A DNA stretch of 63,952 nucleotides, counting the filler. It is 5 parts of 5 records of this genome, joined end to end, with 100 filler letters (N's around TTAATTAATTAA, not from the genome) between each part and the next. Parts side by side here need not be neighbours in the genome. Positions count along the whole stretch, not along the records: positions 1 to 22,296 come from SRR20825006_1959; 4 more parts are not named here. One strand, written 5' to 3'. A model generated the notes under the pieces. The model did not search any database, had not been told where the DNA came from, and saw only the letters and a list, made by a program, of their open reading frames with translations. The translations under genes and the position numbers were made by a program. The number at the start of each line of letters is the position of its first letter. Within the stretch, counting starts at the first letter, position 1. Below, piece by piece: positions 10,230 to 19,750 of this stretch.

Positions 10230-11648
10230 TCAACGGAAATCAAACGCAGACAGCCCTGCGGCTTGCTCATCCAGTCCCAAAGGCCGGGTAATCGGTGGCG
10301 CCGCGCGGGAAATACAGCCCGGTCGTTCACAAAGACGACACACCTGGCCGACCGGAACGACAGAAGCATCCGGCCCGATCGCCTTCCCATAAACCGTGCT
10401 CATTGCCGCGGCCCAATCCAGTCCCAGAACCAGCGCGGTCTGGCGCGGTGGCTCGTTCAGGGTTGGTTCCGGCGCTTCCAGCGTACGCGACAACAGCAGG
10501 AATTCACCGCCATCCGGCAGCGCGACCCTTTCCGTCGCCAGCCTGCCCGGCTTCGAAAAAGCATCATAGACACCAAGACGCGGACACTCACCCCGGAAAC
10601 GTGCATGCGGAAAGCCGTCGGCCCCGAGGCGGCGCAAAAGGTTTCCGGCGCGATCCACCTCAAGCGCAAAGAACTTCAGACCGCCGTTTTCCGGGCGCTG
10701 TAGCGTGATCAACCGCAAAGCCGCCTGTTCAAACGATACCGAGAACCGCCCTGCCAGCGCAGCAACGTCATATTGAGATCGCCGTGCCGCTTCCAGAAAT
10801 GGTCCATAGGGCATGATCAGTGCGAGCGCGGCATAGTGTGCCAACTCAAACCGCGCCAACCTGCGGGCCTCATCGCTGCTCAGTGCCAAAGCCTGAACGG
10901 CGGCATCAATCGGTTGCCAGAGCGCAAGCAGTGCGGCTTCTACCGCAATTTCACGCACCCGGTCATAATGCGAAAAGCGTGCCGAAATGAACAATCGCAT
11001 CGTATGCCGGTCAAAGCGCCGTCCGAGATTGACCAGGGCGCCCGGCGGCAAAACCCTGACTGCAATACCGTGCTTTTCCTTCAGCCAGGCTTTCAGCGCG
11101 GCACCCGGATCATCCCCGGGATCAAGATCGCCATGAAGCAATTCGGCCGCCTGATCGATCTCATCAAAGAAAAAGGGGCGTCGCGAAAGGTTGTCGCGCA
11201 CTTCCTCATGGGGCAGCCGTTTTCCGGTCAGGCGGGTATCGCGGCCCTCACTGGCCAGAAGCGCCGTCAGATCAGAAAGGCGCTCTGCCTGCTCGCAGTA
11301 AGCGCGGTAAAGCCTGATCAGACCGAGTGCCGCATTCGGGGCCGCCTCCGCCACTTCCACGAGTTCCTGATCACCCGGTAGCTCTCCGGCCAGCAGAGGG
11401 TCGGAAAACACTGATTTCAACTGACTGATCGTGCCACCACTTTCCCCCTGAAGAGCGGCGATATCAACATTATAGACGCCCGCCAGTTTCAGCAGAAGCT
11501 GCACGGTTAAAGGACGTTGATTGCGCTCGATCAGGTTGAGATAAGATGGTGATATCGAAAGCGCTTCGGCCATCGCAGTCTGCGTGAGATCGCGTTCTCT
11601 TCTGAGACGCCGCAAACGCGGCCCGGCAAATATCTTGTTCTCGGCCAT
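10230..11648 (-). CDS. XRE-family short-chain fatty acyl-CoA regulator (ScfR/RamB type)
   Basis: N-terminal HTH (SPSYLNLIERNQRP), C-terminal CRLCERPGC..RAAPP; divergent from aceA. Confidence 0.88.
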   Translation of the reverse strand: MAENKIFAGPRLRRLRRERDLTQTAMAEALSISPSYLNLIERNQRPLTVQLLLKLAGVYNVDIAALQGESGGTISQLKSVFSDPLLAGELPGDQELVEVAEAAPNAALGLIRLYRAYCEQAERLSDLTALLASEGRDTRLTGKRLPHEEVRDNLSRRPFFFDEIDQAAELLHGDLDPGDDPGAALKAWLKEKHGIAVRVLPPGALVNLGRRFDRHTMRLFISARFSHYDRVREIAVEAALLALWQPIDAAVQALALSSDEARRLARFELAHYAALALIMPYGPFLEAARRSQYDVAALAGRFSVSFEQAALRLITLQRPENGGLKFFALEVDRAGNLLRRLGADGFPHARFRGECPRLGVYDAFSKPGRLATERVALPDGGEFLLLSRTLEAPEPTLNEPPRQTALVLGLDWAAAMSTVYGKAIGPDASVVPVGQVCRLCERPGCISRAAPPITRPLGLDEQAAGLSAFDFR

Positions 11649-11866
11649 CTTCTCCTCCCGTCAAATGGCGCATTTTCTTTTACAATATTCACAATTTTAC
11701 AAATGCCAATAGTCAATTTCAGACAAGATAACCCGATTATCGTCTTGATATTTGCCATTTTCATAGCATTTCGACGATCTGATTAGTAAATTCTGTCACA
11801 CATCATGGGTTTTATAACGACATCACAGTCAAAACCCATGACTTCTGTTTTGAGAGGAGCAAAACA

Positions 11867-13153
11867 ATGTCTAACTTTTACACTTTGATTGAATCTGCAC
11901 CAGAAGGACGCTTTGACGGCATTGAGCGCAGTTACAGCATCAACGATGTCACGCGGCTACGCGGCTCCATGCCGATCCGCCACACGCTTGCAGAAGCCGG
12001 TGCAAACCGGCTCTGGAAACTCATTCATGAGGAAGATTTCGTCAATGCGCTGGGCGCCCTTTCCGGCAATCAGGCGATGCAGATGGTTCGCGCGGGCTTG
12101 AAAGCGATCTATCTTTCCGGCTGGCAGGTCGCTGCTGATGCCAATACCGCCTCAGCCATGTATCCAGACCAGTCGCTGTATCCGGCGAATGCCGGGCCCG
12201 AATTGGCCCGGCGCATAAACAAGACGCTACAGCGTGCCGACCAGATCGAAACATCGGAAGGCAACGGACTTTCCGTCGACAACTGGTTTGCGCCGATTAT
12301 CGCAGATGCCGAAGCAGGCTTTGGCGGGCCGCTTAACGCGTTTGAAATCATGAAGGCCTATATTGAGGCAGGCGCTGCGGGCGTGCACTTTGAAGATCAA
12401 CTGGCCTCGGAGAAGAAGTGCGGACATCTGGGCGGCAAGGTGCTGATCCCGACCGCGGCTCATATCCGCAACCTCACCGCCGCACGACTGGCCGCCGATG
12501 TCATGGGCGTTCCATCACTGGTGATTGCGCGTACCGATGCGGAAGCCGCCAAGCTTTTGACCTCGGACATCGACGAGCGCGATCAGCCATTTGTCGATTA
12601 TGACGCAGGCCGCACGGCGGAAGGCTTTTACCGGGTCAGAAACGGGCTGGAACCCTGCATCGCCCGCGCTGTCGCCTATGCACCCTATTGCGACCTGATC
12701 TGGTGCGAAACCTCCAAGCCGGACCTCGAACAGGCAAAAATGTTCGCCGAAGGTGTACGCAGACATCACCCGGACAAGCTTTTGGCCTACAACTGCTCAC
12801 CATCCTTCAATTGGAAGAAAAACCTGGATGACGCCACGATTGCGAAGTTCCAGCGCGAACTTGGCGCCATGGGCTACAAGTTCCAGTTCATAACGCTGGC
12901 CGGGTTCCACCAGCTCAATTACGGGATGTTCGAACTGGCGCGCGGCTACAGGGATCGCCAGATGGCCGCTTATTCCGAGCTTCAGCAGGCAGAGTTTGCA
13001 GCAGAAACCAACGGCTACACCGCCACCAAACATCAACGTGAAGTGGGTACCGGCTATTTCGATGCCGTTTCCATGGCAATCACCGGTGGCACCGGTTCAA
13101 CCACTGCCATGAATGAGTCCACCGAAGCAGCGCAGTTTCAGGCTGCCGAGTAA
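11867..13153 (+). CDS. aceA: Isocitrate lyase
   Basis: KKCGHLGGK active-site motif, [22 protein letters not shown]. Confidence 0.97.
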   Translation: MSNFYTLIESAPEGRFDGIERSYSINDVTRLRGSMPIRHTLAEAGANRLWKLIHEEDFVNALGALSGNQAMQMVRAGLKAIYLSGWQVAADANTASAMYPDQSLYPANAGPELARRINKTLQRADQIETSEGNGLSVDNWFAPIIADAEAGFGGPLNAFEIMKAYIEAGAAGVHFEDQLASEKKCGHLGGKVLIPTAAHIRNLTAARLAADVMGVPSLVIARTDAEAAKLLTSDIDERDQPFVDYDAGRTAEGFYRVRNGLEPCIARAVAYAPYCDLIWCETSKPDLEQAKMFAEGVRRHHPDKLLAYNCSPSFNWKKNLDDATIAKFQRELGAMGYKFQFITLAGFHQLNYGMFELARGYRDRQMAAYSELQQAEFAAETNGYTATKHQREVGTGYFDAVSMAITGGTGSTTAMNESTEAAQFQAAE

Positions 13154-13214
13154 CCGAAACCGAAAGAGCAGCTCTGATGAGGAGCGGAGCGGCTCGATTT
13201 AAAATGAGGAGGAC

Positions 13215-13487
13215 ATGGAAATGACCCCAAAACTTAACGTCAAGGAACGCGCCGAAGCGCAAACGACATGTATGACAGCCGAGCAGCAGGCGGCCATCCG
13301 CATGATTGCCAACGACCTGCACCGGCTGAACCAGTCGGTCATGCGTGCGGTCGATTCAGGCATCTCCGTCGAGTTGATCCGTTCAGCCCGACACCATTGC
13401 GGCAAAGGCAGTTGGGGAGATCTGCTGACACCCCTGATCATCACCGGCTCGATCAATGAGCCTGCGATTGACGACAACATGAGCTGA
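13215..13487 (+). CDS. Small conserved protein downstream of aceA (SMc00767-like acetate-metabolism regulator)
   Basis: 90 aa, SD GAGGA, ANDLHRLNQSVMRAV.SG.SVEL.RSARHH...WGD; position after aceA as in rhizobia. Confidence 0.7.
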   Translation: MEMTPKLNVKERAEAQTTCMTAEQQAAIRMIANDLHRLNQSVMRAVDSGISVELIRSARHHCGKGSWGDLLTPLIITGSINEPAIDDNMS

Positions 13488-13503
13488 GAAAACGATTATG
13501 CCG

Positions 13504-13530
13504 TTCCGGCTGCGAAATCCGCGGCCGGAA
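13504..13530. terminator. Hairpin between convergent genes
   Basis: TTCCGGCTGCG-N5-CGCGGCCGGAA. Confidence 0.5.
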
Positions 13531-13535
13531 AAGCA

Positions 13536-14282
13536 TCAGCGGTTCGACATCGGAAACCAGCCTGTATCCAGACGTGCATGACGATCGAAAAAATCACACA
13601 TTTCAGCCAGACGCGCTTCCTGCAACACTCGAACTGTGCCGTTATTCCGTTCAATCAACCCGTCCTTTTCAAGCGCAGTAAAACTGCGACTGACATAGAC
13701 ATTGGTCAGACCCAGAATATCGGAAATTTCCGTCTGGTTGAGCGGCAGGTTAAACGTATCGGCAACGGATTTGTTCGCAATGCGCAGACGCGCCAGCATA
13801 TCCAGGACCAGATAGGCAATGCGTTCACGCGCACTCATACGCCCCATGGCACGCAGGAAATCGATCAGGATAACCTGATTGCGGATTGAAAGCGTGAACA
13901 ACAGCGCAGAAAGCTGCGGAGCAGAATCGAACACCTTTTTCAAAGCACTTTTGGGAAACGGACAAAGACAAGCGTCTTCGGCAGCGCGGAGAACTGTGGT
14001 CGTCTCATGAAAAGCGATATCGGGGAAACCGACAATATCTCCGGGATGATGGATCTCCACAATCTGACGTCGGCCGTCGATTAAATCGGTGTAGCTGTAA
14101 AGCCAGCCACGTTTGACGACGTAGAGGTTCGCGTTCGGCTCGCCGCCCTGGTAAACCTCGCTCTGTCTTTTAAAGCTGCGCTCTTCACGTTCCAGTTCAG
14201 CCAGACTTGCAAGTGAGGCTTTATCCAGACTTACATAATGAGACAGCTTCTGGACCAGACAGCTTTGCGACGCATCGCTCAT
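13536..14282 (-). CDS. Crp/Fnr-family transcriptional regulator
   Basis: cNMP-binding fold (DGRRQI..HPGD), ARERIAY, C-terminal HTH (NQTEISDILGLTNVYVSRS); start chosen by SD spacing. Confidence 0.88.
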   Translation of the reverse strand: MSDASQSCLVQKLSHYVSLDKASLASLAELEREERSFKRQSEVYQGGEPNANLYVVKRGWLYSYTDLIDGRRQIVEIHHPGDIVGFPDIAFHETTTVLRAAEDACLCPFPKSALKKVFDSAPQLSALLFTLSIRNQVILIDFLRAMGRMSARERIAYLVLDMLARLRIANKSVADTFNLPLNQTEISDILGLTNVYVSRSFTALEKDGLIERNNGTVRVLQEARLAEMCDFFDRHARLDTGWFPMSNR

Positions 14283-14471
14283 CCTCATCCCCTCAAGATC
14301 AGACTTCCGGCACATTCTGCCGTTCAAAACTGTAGACGTGCAGATTCACCTCGTAACCTTTCCAGCGAACAAAGGGAATAACGACTTCAAACGGGTATGA
14401 AAACCGGCAGGTCGAAAATCAGCACGATGCGCGCAAGAGCGCCTTGTGATTGCAGCTATGAGAGCCGTCTC

Positions 14472-15194
14472 TCATTTAACCAGTACGTCTGTGCGCACCT
14501 GGAAGCGGGCTGGATCATAGATTGCCTGAGAAATCTCGACCAGTTCGTCATTGTGGCTGAAAAGATCTGCATCAATACGCAAAACCGGCGCCTCCGGCGA
14601 CAACCCAATCGCATCGGCGGCAGCCGCTGGACAAACGATGGCGTTTACACTCTGCGAAACCCTGACAACCGGGCGGCTGAACATTTCCTCAATCAGACTG
14701 TAAATTGAACCGACATTGTGCCGTGACAGCGATGGTTCGATGCCGACATAGGGACCGGACACAAACATGCGCGTCCAGTTAAACGGTCTGAGCCTGCCGG
14801 GAATGCGGCGCACACCGATGATCTCAAGCCAGTACCCCGTTGGACTTTCGCGTCCGCCAAGCGCTGGATCGGAATTGTTTTCGATATGTCGCGACGACCA
14901 GATATCCAGCACCGTTTCCCGCGTCACGCGCATCAATTCCGGCATACCATTTGTTGCCATGCGAAAATGCTGTTGTGGCACCTGCGACGCCACAATAGTA
15001 CCTACGCGCTTGCGGCGGGCCAGCAACCCCTCCGACTCAAGCTCACTCAATGCCCGTCGCAATGTCGTTCTGCTGACCCCCCGCTCTACAGCAAAATCAA
15101 CTTCAGGCGGAAGCCGGTCTCCGACTTTCCAACGGCCTGATACGATCTCATCGCGAAGTGAACGTGTTAGAAGCTTGTGACGAGGTGCACTCAT
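14472..15194 (-). CDS. GntR-family regulator with UTRA domain (HutC subfamily)
   Basis: GDRLPPE...GVSRTTLRRAL..L..EG wHTH plus UTRA-like C-terminus. Confidence 0.9.
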   Translation of the reverse strand: MSAPRHKLLTRSLRDEIVSGRWKVGDRLPPEVDFAVERGVSRTTLRRALSELESEGLLARRKRVGTIVASQVPQQHFRMATNGMPELMRVTRETVLDIWSSRHIENNSDPALGGRESPTGYWLEIIGVRRIPGRLRPFNWTRMFVSGPYVGIEPSLSRHNVGSIYSLIEEMFSRPVVRVSQSVNAIVCPAAAADAIGLSPEAPVLRIDADLFSHNDELVEISQAIYDPARFQVRTDVLVK

Positions 15195-16480
15195 TTCATC
15201 TTTCCAGGCAACCAGAGAGCAATCTCCGGGAATATCGCCAGAAGCAGGGCAAAACCGACAAGAATGAGAAAAAACGGCACGACCGCACGAACGAGGTTTC
15301 CGATTGTCTCACCGGTTTGGGCCTGAATGACGAACAGGTTGAAACCAATTGGTGGCGTTATCTGAGATATTTCTACCGCAACTACAACAAAAATGCCAAA
15401 CCAAATCGGGTCAAAACCAGAAGATGTAACCAGTGGTAGCGTAATCGGCAGAGTCATAACGATGATTGAAGTGCCATCAAGAAACATACCGATGAAAACA
15501 TAGAAGACCAACAGCAGTGCAATCAGCGCAAACGGCGCCAGATCAAGCGCGGCAATCCAGCCTGCCACCGCGCGTGGCAAACCAAGAAATCCAAGTGCAG
15601 CGTTCAAGAGCGCGGCCCCCAGAAGGATCAACCCCATCATCGCGCTGGTTCTGACTGCGCTGCGGCCGGCTATCGTCAGGTTGCTGAAAGTCAGTTCTCC
15701 GCGAAACGCGGATAAAATGACAGCTCCGAGAACGCCGACAGATGCAAGCTCGGTCGGACTGGCAAGCCCCAGATAAAGCGCGCCCATAATACCGGCAATC
15801 AACGCGACCATCGGTCCTATTTCCACCAAACCGCGCCAACGGTCGGCCCAGCTGAAGCGCACAGCCTGCTCCCTGCCACCGGATATGATGTGATGAAGTG
15901 CAATATAGCTGCTGTAAAGTGTAGCAAGCAAAAGCCCCGGCACAACACCGGCGACGAAAAGGCGCAATATACTTTGCTCGGAAATCACGCCGTAAATGAT
16001 CATGATGATCGACGGCGGGATCAGAAAGCCAAGCGTTCCCGCACCGGCCAGAGAGCCAATTGCCAGCCTGCGATTGTAACCACGGGCAAATAGTTCCGGC
16101 AGCGTTACGCGACCGACGATTGCTGTCGTGGCTGCCGAAGAGCCGGAAACGGCAGCGAAGAGCGTCGAGCCTGCTACATTTACATGCACCAAACCTCCGG
16201 GAAGCCGGCTGACCCACGGAGCGAGCCCTGAAAACAGCGAGCGGCCCAGCTTCGCTGTCACCAGAATATCGCTCATCAGAATGAACAATGGCAGCGCCAG
16301 CAATTCCTGTGCCGTGCCTGCCTGCCACAACAGCTTTCCGGCAAAGGCATCAAGCGGAATGTTCGGCTTGTAAACCGTCAGCAGGATATAGCCGACACCA
16401 AACAGCGACAACCCGACCCAGACAGAACCGAGCAGCAAAACCGCAAACAGCAAAACCGTGACAATGGCTATCTCAATCAC
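15191..16480 (-). CDS. TRAP transporter large permease (DctM)
   Basis: LALPLFILM, SGSS.AT, GTLGFLIPPS, ITPPIGFNLF; GTG start overlapping dctQ. Confidence 0.92.
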   Translation of the reverse strand: MIEIAIVTVLLFAVLLLGSVWVGLSLFGVGYILLTVYKPNIPLDAFAGKLLWQAGTAQELLALPLFILMSDILVTAKLGRSLFSGLAPWVSRLPGGLVHVNVAGSTLFAAVSGSSAATTAIVGRVTLPELFARGYNRRLAIGSLAGAGTLGFLIPPSIIMIIYGVISEQSILRLFVAGVVPGLLLATLYSSYIALHHIISGGREQAVRFSWADRWRGLVEIGPMVALIAGIMGALYLGLASPTELASVGVLGAVILSAFRGELTFSNLTIAGRSAVRTSAMMGLILLGAALLNAALGFLGLPRAVAGWIAALDLAPFALIALLLVFYVFIGMFLDGTSIIVMTLPITLPLVTSSGFDPIWFGIFVVVAVEISQITPPIGFNLFVIQAQTGETIGNLVRAVVPFFLILVGFALLLAIFPEIALWLPGKMK

Positions 16481-16997
16481 CGGCAATCTCCCCGGCGTCG
16501 TGCACATCCGGCTCTTCGCCGAGAACAAGCCGCACCAGCCGCGCAACCAGCGCCAGGAAAAACTCAACAGCACCAATGACAGCGATCGATTGCGGAATTG
16601 CAAGCGGTGTATTCATATAACTTGGCTGCCTCAATCCGCGCTCCAGCGAGGTAAAAAAGGTGGTCCAGAAAGCTTCAAGCAAAAATGCACCAAGTATTAT
16701 GCCGACAACCGTAGCGATAATCTCGACACCGCGCGTGAACTTCGTTCCGCCGCGTGTCAGCAGCAACGTAACCCGAACCTGCTTGCCATGCCTGAGCGCT
16801 GGACCAAGCCCAAGCAGGATGACACCGGCCATGGCGAAGGCAGAATATTCCCACGAAAACGCCAGACTTCTGTTTAAAAAACCACGGCTGAAAACTTCGC
16901 CCAGCATCATCGCGCAGAACACGTAAAGCAGGATCATCGCAATGGTTTCGGAAATGCGGGCAGTCCAGTCCGTGAATGAAAGAAAGGCGCGGATCAT
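16473..16997 (-). CDS. TRAP transporter small permease (DctQ)
   Basis: Four TM segments, EVFSR..L..SL..SWE; lies between dctP and dctM. Confidence 0.85.
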   Translation of the reverse strand: MIRAFLSFTDWTARISETIAMILLYVFCAMMLGEVFSRGFLNRSLAFSWEYSAFAMAGVILLGLGPALRHGKQVRVTLLLTRGGTKFTRGVEIIATVVGIILGAFLLEAFWTTFFTSLERGLRQPSYMNTPLAIPQSIAVIGAVEFFLALVARLVRLVLGEEPDVHDAGEIAGD

Positions 16998-17052
16998 GCT
17001 TGCACTTTCCAAAAGAGCGGCACGCCAGATCAGAAATGGCGCGCCGCGTTTT

Positions 17053-18036
17053 TTACTTACCGGTGGCTTCGGTATATTGCTGAATGATAGAACCGGCTTG
17101 CGGAACCCGCTCTACAAAATCGGTCCACATGGCCTGACCGGCTTCAGACATAATATCTTTCATGCTGGCGTCGGCTTGCGTCACGGTCATACCGTTTTCA
17201 ACGAGAATCTCCGTTTTTCCGTCATCCTCGGCCGCACTCATCGCCCAGAATTCGGATTCCATCGCCTCTGCAACATCCATGATAGCCCTCTGCTCTTCTG
17301 CCGAAAGCGCGTTCCAGGCATCAAGATTGACCGTCACGGCATCTGTCGAAGTCGACCACTGCAGTGGATTGAAATACGATACTGAATCCCAGAGCTTGCC
17401 ATCAACACCGGAAGACGTTGATGTCGCAACACCATCGATTGTACCGGCTGCCAGTGCGGGAACAACGTCACCCCATGGCATCTCCAGTGGCGCAGCACCG
17501 AGCTTGGTCAGAAATTCGAAGCTTGCCGGATTGAACGCGCGAATTCGCTGACCTTCCAGATCGGCAGACGAAGTTATCGGTTCTTTTGAGTAAAGTCCCG
17601 GTGACGGCCAAGGCACATAATACAGAATCTTCTGGTTATGTGCTTCGGCGATTTGCTGGTAAACCGGGTCTGCAACCTGCAAAAACGCCGCCATTTCATC
17701 CTGCCCCTGGATCAGATAAGGCAGCGTATCAATGGAAAGCAGCGGCTCTTCGCCTGCCTGAAGAAACAGCAGAAAATCAGCCATCTGAACGATACCGGTT
17801 TCGACAGCCGACATGCTCTGGCTGCCGCTGACACCGATTTCACCGGCATTAAGAACATTGATCGTGACCGAGCCGTTCGTTGCCTCGCTCACAGCTTCGG
17901 CGAACTCTCTCGCAGCCTCTGCCTGAAAATTGGAGTCAGGCCAGGGCGTTGTAAAATCCCAACTGGTATCGGCCAAAGCGGTCGAACCGTAGAGTACGGC
18001 GATGGCGCCAAGCGCAAAAGCGTTACATTTCGTCAT
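17053..18036 (-). CDS. TRAP transporter substrate-binding protein (DctP)
   Basis: Signal peptide, DLEGQRIR, LGAAP..MPWGDV.PAL..G.IDG. Confidence 0.9.
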   Translation of the reverse strand: MTKCNAFALGAIAVLYGSTALADTSWDFTTPWPDSNFQAEAAREFAEAVSEATNGSVTINVLNAGEIGVSGSQSMSAVETGIVQMADFLLFLQAGEEPLLSIDTLPYLIQGQDEMAAFLQVADPVYQQIAEAHNQKILYYVPWPSPGLYSKEPITSSADLEGQRIRAFNPASFEFLTKLGAAPLEMPWGDVVPALAAGTIDGVATSTSSGVDGKLWDSVSYFNPLQWSTSTDAVTVNLDAWNALSAEEQRAIMDVAEAMESEFWAMSAAEDDGKTEILVENGMTVTQADASMKDIMSEAGQAMWTDFVERVPQAGSIIQQYTEATGK

Positions 18037-18094
18037 TTACTGTTTCTCCATTTTTGTCTGCAAGCAGCGACCCCGAAATCCGTTCTTCTTTACT

Positions 18095-19750
18095 TTAGGC
18101 TTTCCGGTAATGATGATCTGCGGCTTCTTTGCTGACAAGCCCTCGCTGCACGTCTAGAGCGAGTTTCTCCTCACTTCGTTCCCGCGGTGGTCCGAATCCA
18201 CCACCGCCGGGCGTCTGCAAGACAAGCTCTTCACCGGCCGGTATCGTATAAAGCCCCTTGCTGGTGATCGCCACGCCATTGGAAATCGACGCCTGTCCCG
18301 GCGCACCGGGCATACCGCCATCGCGTCCGCCAGCGCCTTTGTTGAGGCGTTCGAATGCCGCCGCTGACAGGTTCAATGTCTGGCTTTGGCTTGAACGAAC
18401 GCGGATACTCTGCCCAAGCCCACCACGGCATCGCCCGGCGCCGCCGGAATCCGGCGCAAACTCTTTCTGGGTAAAGATCAGTGGCGCTGCGGTTTCTGCA
18501 ATCTCAATCGGCACACTGCCGACGCCGGAAGGGAATGCGGTCGTCGACAAGCCATCGGATGCGGGGCGTGCGCCCATACCGCCAAGCGCAACATTCAAGG
18601 ATGCAAATGCGCCTTCACCTTCTGCTGAAATTGCCAGAACCCAAAGCGCACCGGCGCTCTCAGCCAGTATGCGCCCCGGCATCGCCCTGGCAAGGCACCC
18701 CAGCATGAGATCCGGCAGTGCCTGACCAACAACGTGACGAGCCGTCACCGGCCATGGGCGCTCGGCACTTACCACAAGACCCGGCGGAGCATCGATCCTG
18801 ATCGGCTCCAGCGATGCATGATTATTCGGCACGTCGGGTGCGACAGCAACCTTCACCCCGAAAGACGCATAGGCCTGACTATAACTCAGCGGGCAGTTGA
18901 TACCCTTGTCGATTGCCGGCGAAGAACCGGCAAGATCAACGCTGATGATCCCGTCGCGAATGGTCATCAACGCTTTCAGGCGGATCGGTGCATCATAACC
19001 ATCCAGCTCAACCTCGGCGCTGTATTCGCCTGGCGGGACTTCGGCAATGGCCGCACGGGTTGCTTCGGCGGAACGCTCGAAAATGAATTCCGCCAGTGGT
19101 GAAAGTGACGCAAGGCTGTATTCTTCCATCAGCGCAACAAGACGCTTGCGCCCTTCGTCATTGCAGCTCATCAGCGAAACAATATCACCGCGTGCTTCAC
19201 GCGGAACGCGTGAATTGACTGCGACGAGCGCCAGCAGCTCTTCGTTGACGACACCCTGCTTGCGCAACCTTGTTACCGGAATTGTGACGCCTTCTTCGTA
19301 AACCGAACGCGCCTCTGCAGACCAGCCAAGCCCTCCAATATCAACGATATGACAGGTGGACGCGATATAACCAACAATTACACCATCCTTGAAAACAGGT
19401 GTAACCACCACGAAATCGAAAACATGCCCAGCCCCAAGCCAGGGATCATTCGTTACCAGAACATCGCCATCCTTCAGCGTTTCCGGCGACGCATGAGCCA
19501 GAATGGCGTTGACCGACTTGGCCATCGTGTTGACGTGGCCCGGCGTGCCGGTCACGGCCTGCGCCATCATTCGACCCTCGGCGTCGAAGATGCCGGCAGA
19601 AAGGTCGCCAGCCTCGCGGACGATAGCGCCAAAGGCGACACGCAAAAGGGCATTGGCCTGCTCTTCACAAACGGAAATCAGGCGGTTCCACATCACATTC
19701 ATGGCAATGATATCGGCATCGGAAAGGCTATGTTCGCCGGTGACCGTCAT
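18095..19750 (-). CDS. Hydantoinase B / oxoprolinase subunit
   Basis: REAGDLS, NDPW.G.GH..D, H.VDIGG, DSGGAG..RGG.G, TPGGGGFG. Confidence 0.92.
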   Translation of the reverse strand: MTVTGEHSLSDADIIAMNVMWNRLISVCEEQANALLRVAFGAIVREAGDLSAGIFDAEGRMMAQAVTGTPGHVNTMAKSVNAILAHASPETLKDGDVLVTNDPWLGAGHVFDFVVVTPVFKDGVIVGYIASTCHIVDIGGLGWSAEARSVYEEGVTIPVTRLRKQGVVNEELLALVAVNSRVPREARGDIVSLMSCNDEGRKRLVALMEEYSLASLSPLAEFIFERSAEATRAAIAEVPPGEYSAEVELDGYDAPIRLKALMTIRDGIISVDLAGSSPAIDKGINCPLSYSQAYASFGVKVAVAPDVPNNHASLEPIRIDAPPGLVVSAERPWPVTARHVVGQALPDLMLGCLARAMPGRILAESAGALWVLAISAEGEGAFASLNVALGGMGARPASDGLSTTAFPSGVGSVPIEIAETAAPLIFTQKEFAPDSGGAGRCRGGLGQSIRVRSSQSQTLNLSAAAFERLNKGAGGRDGGMPGAPGQASISNGVAITSKGLYTIPAGEELVLQTPGGGGFGPPRERSEEKLALDVQRGLVSKEAADHHYRKA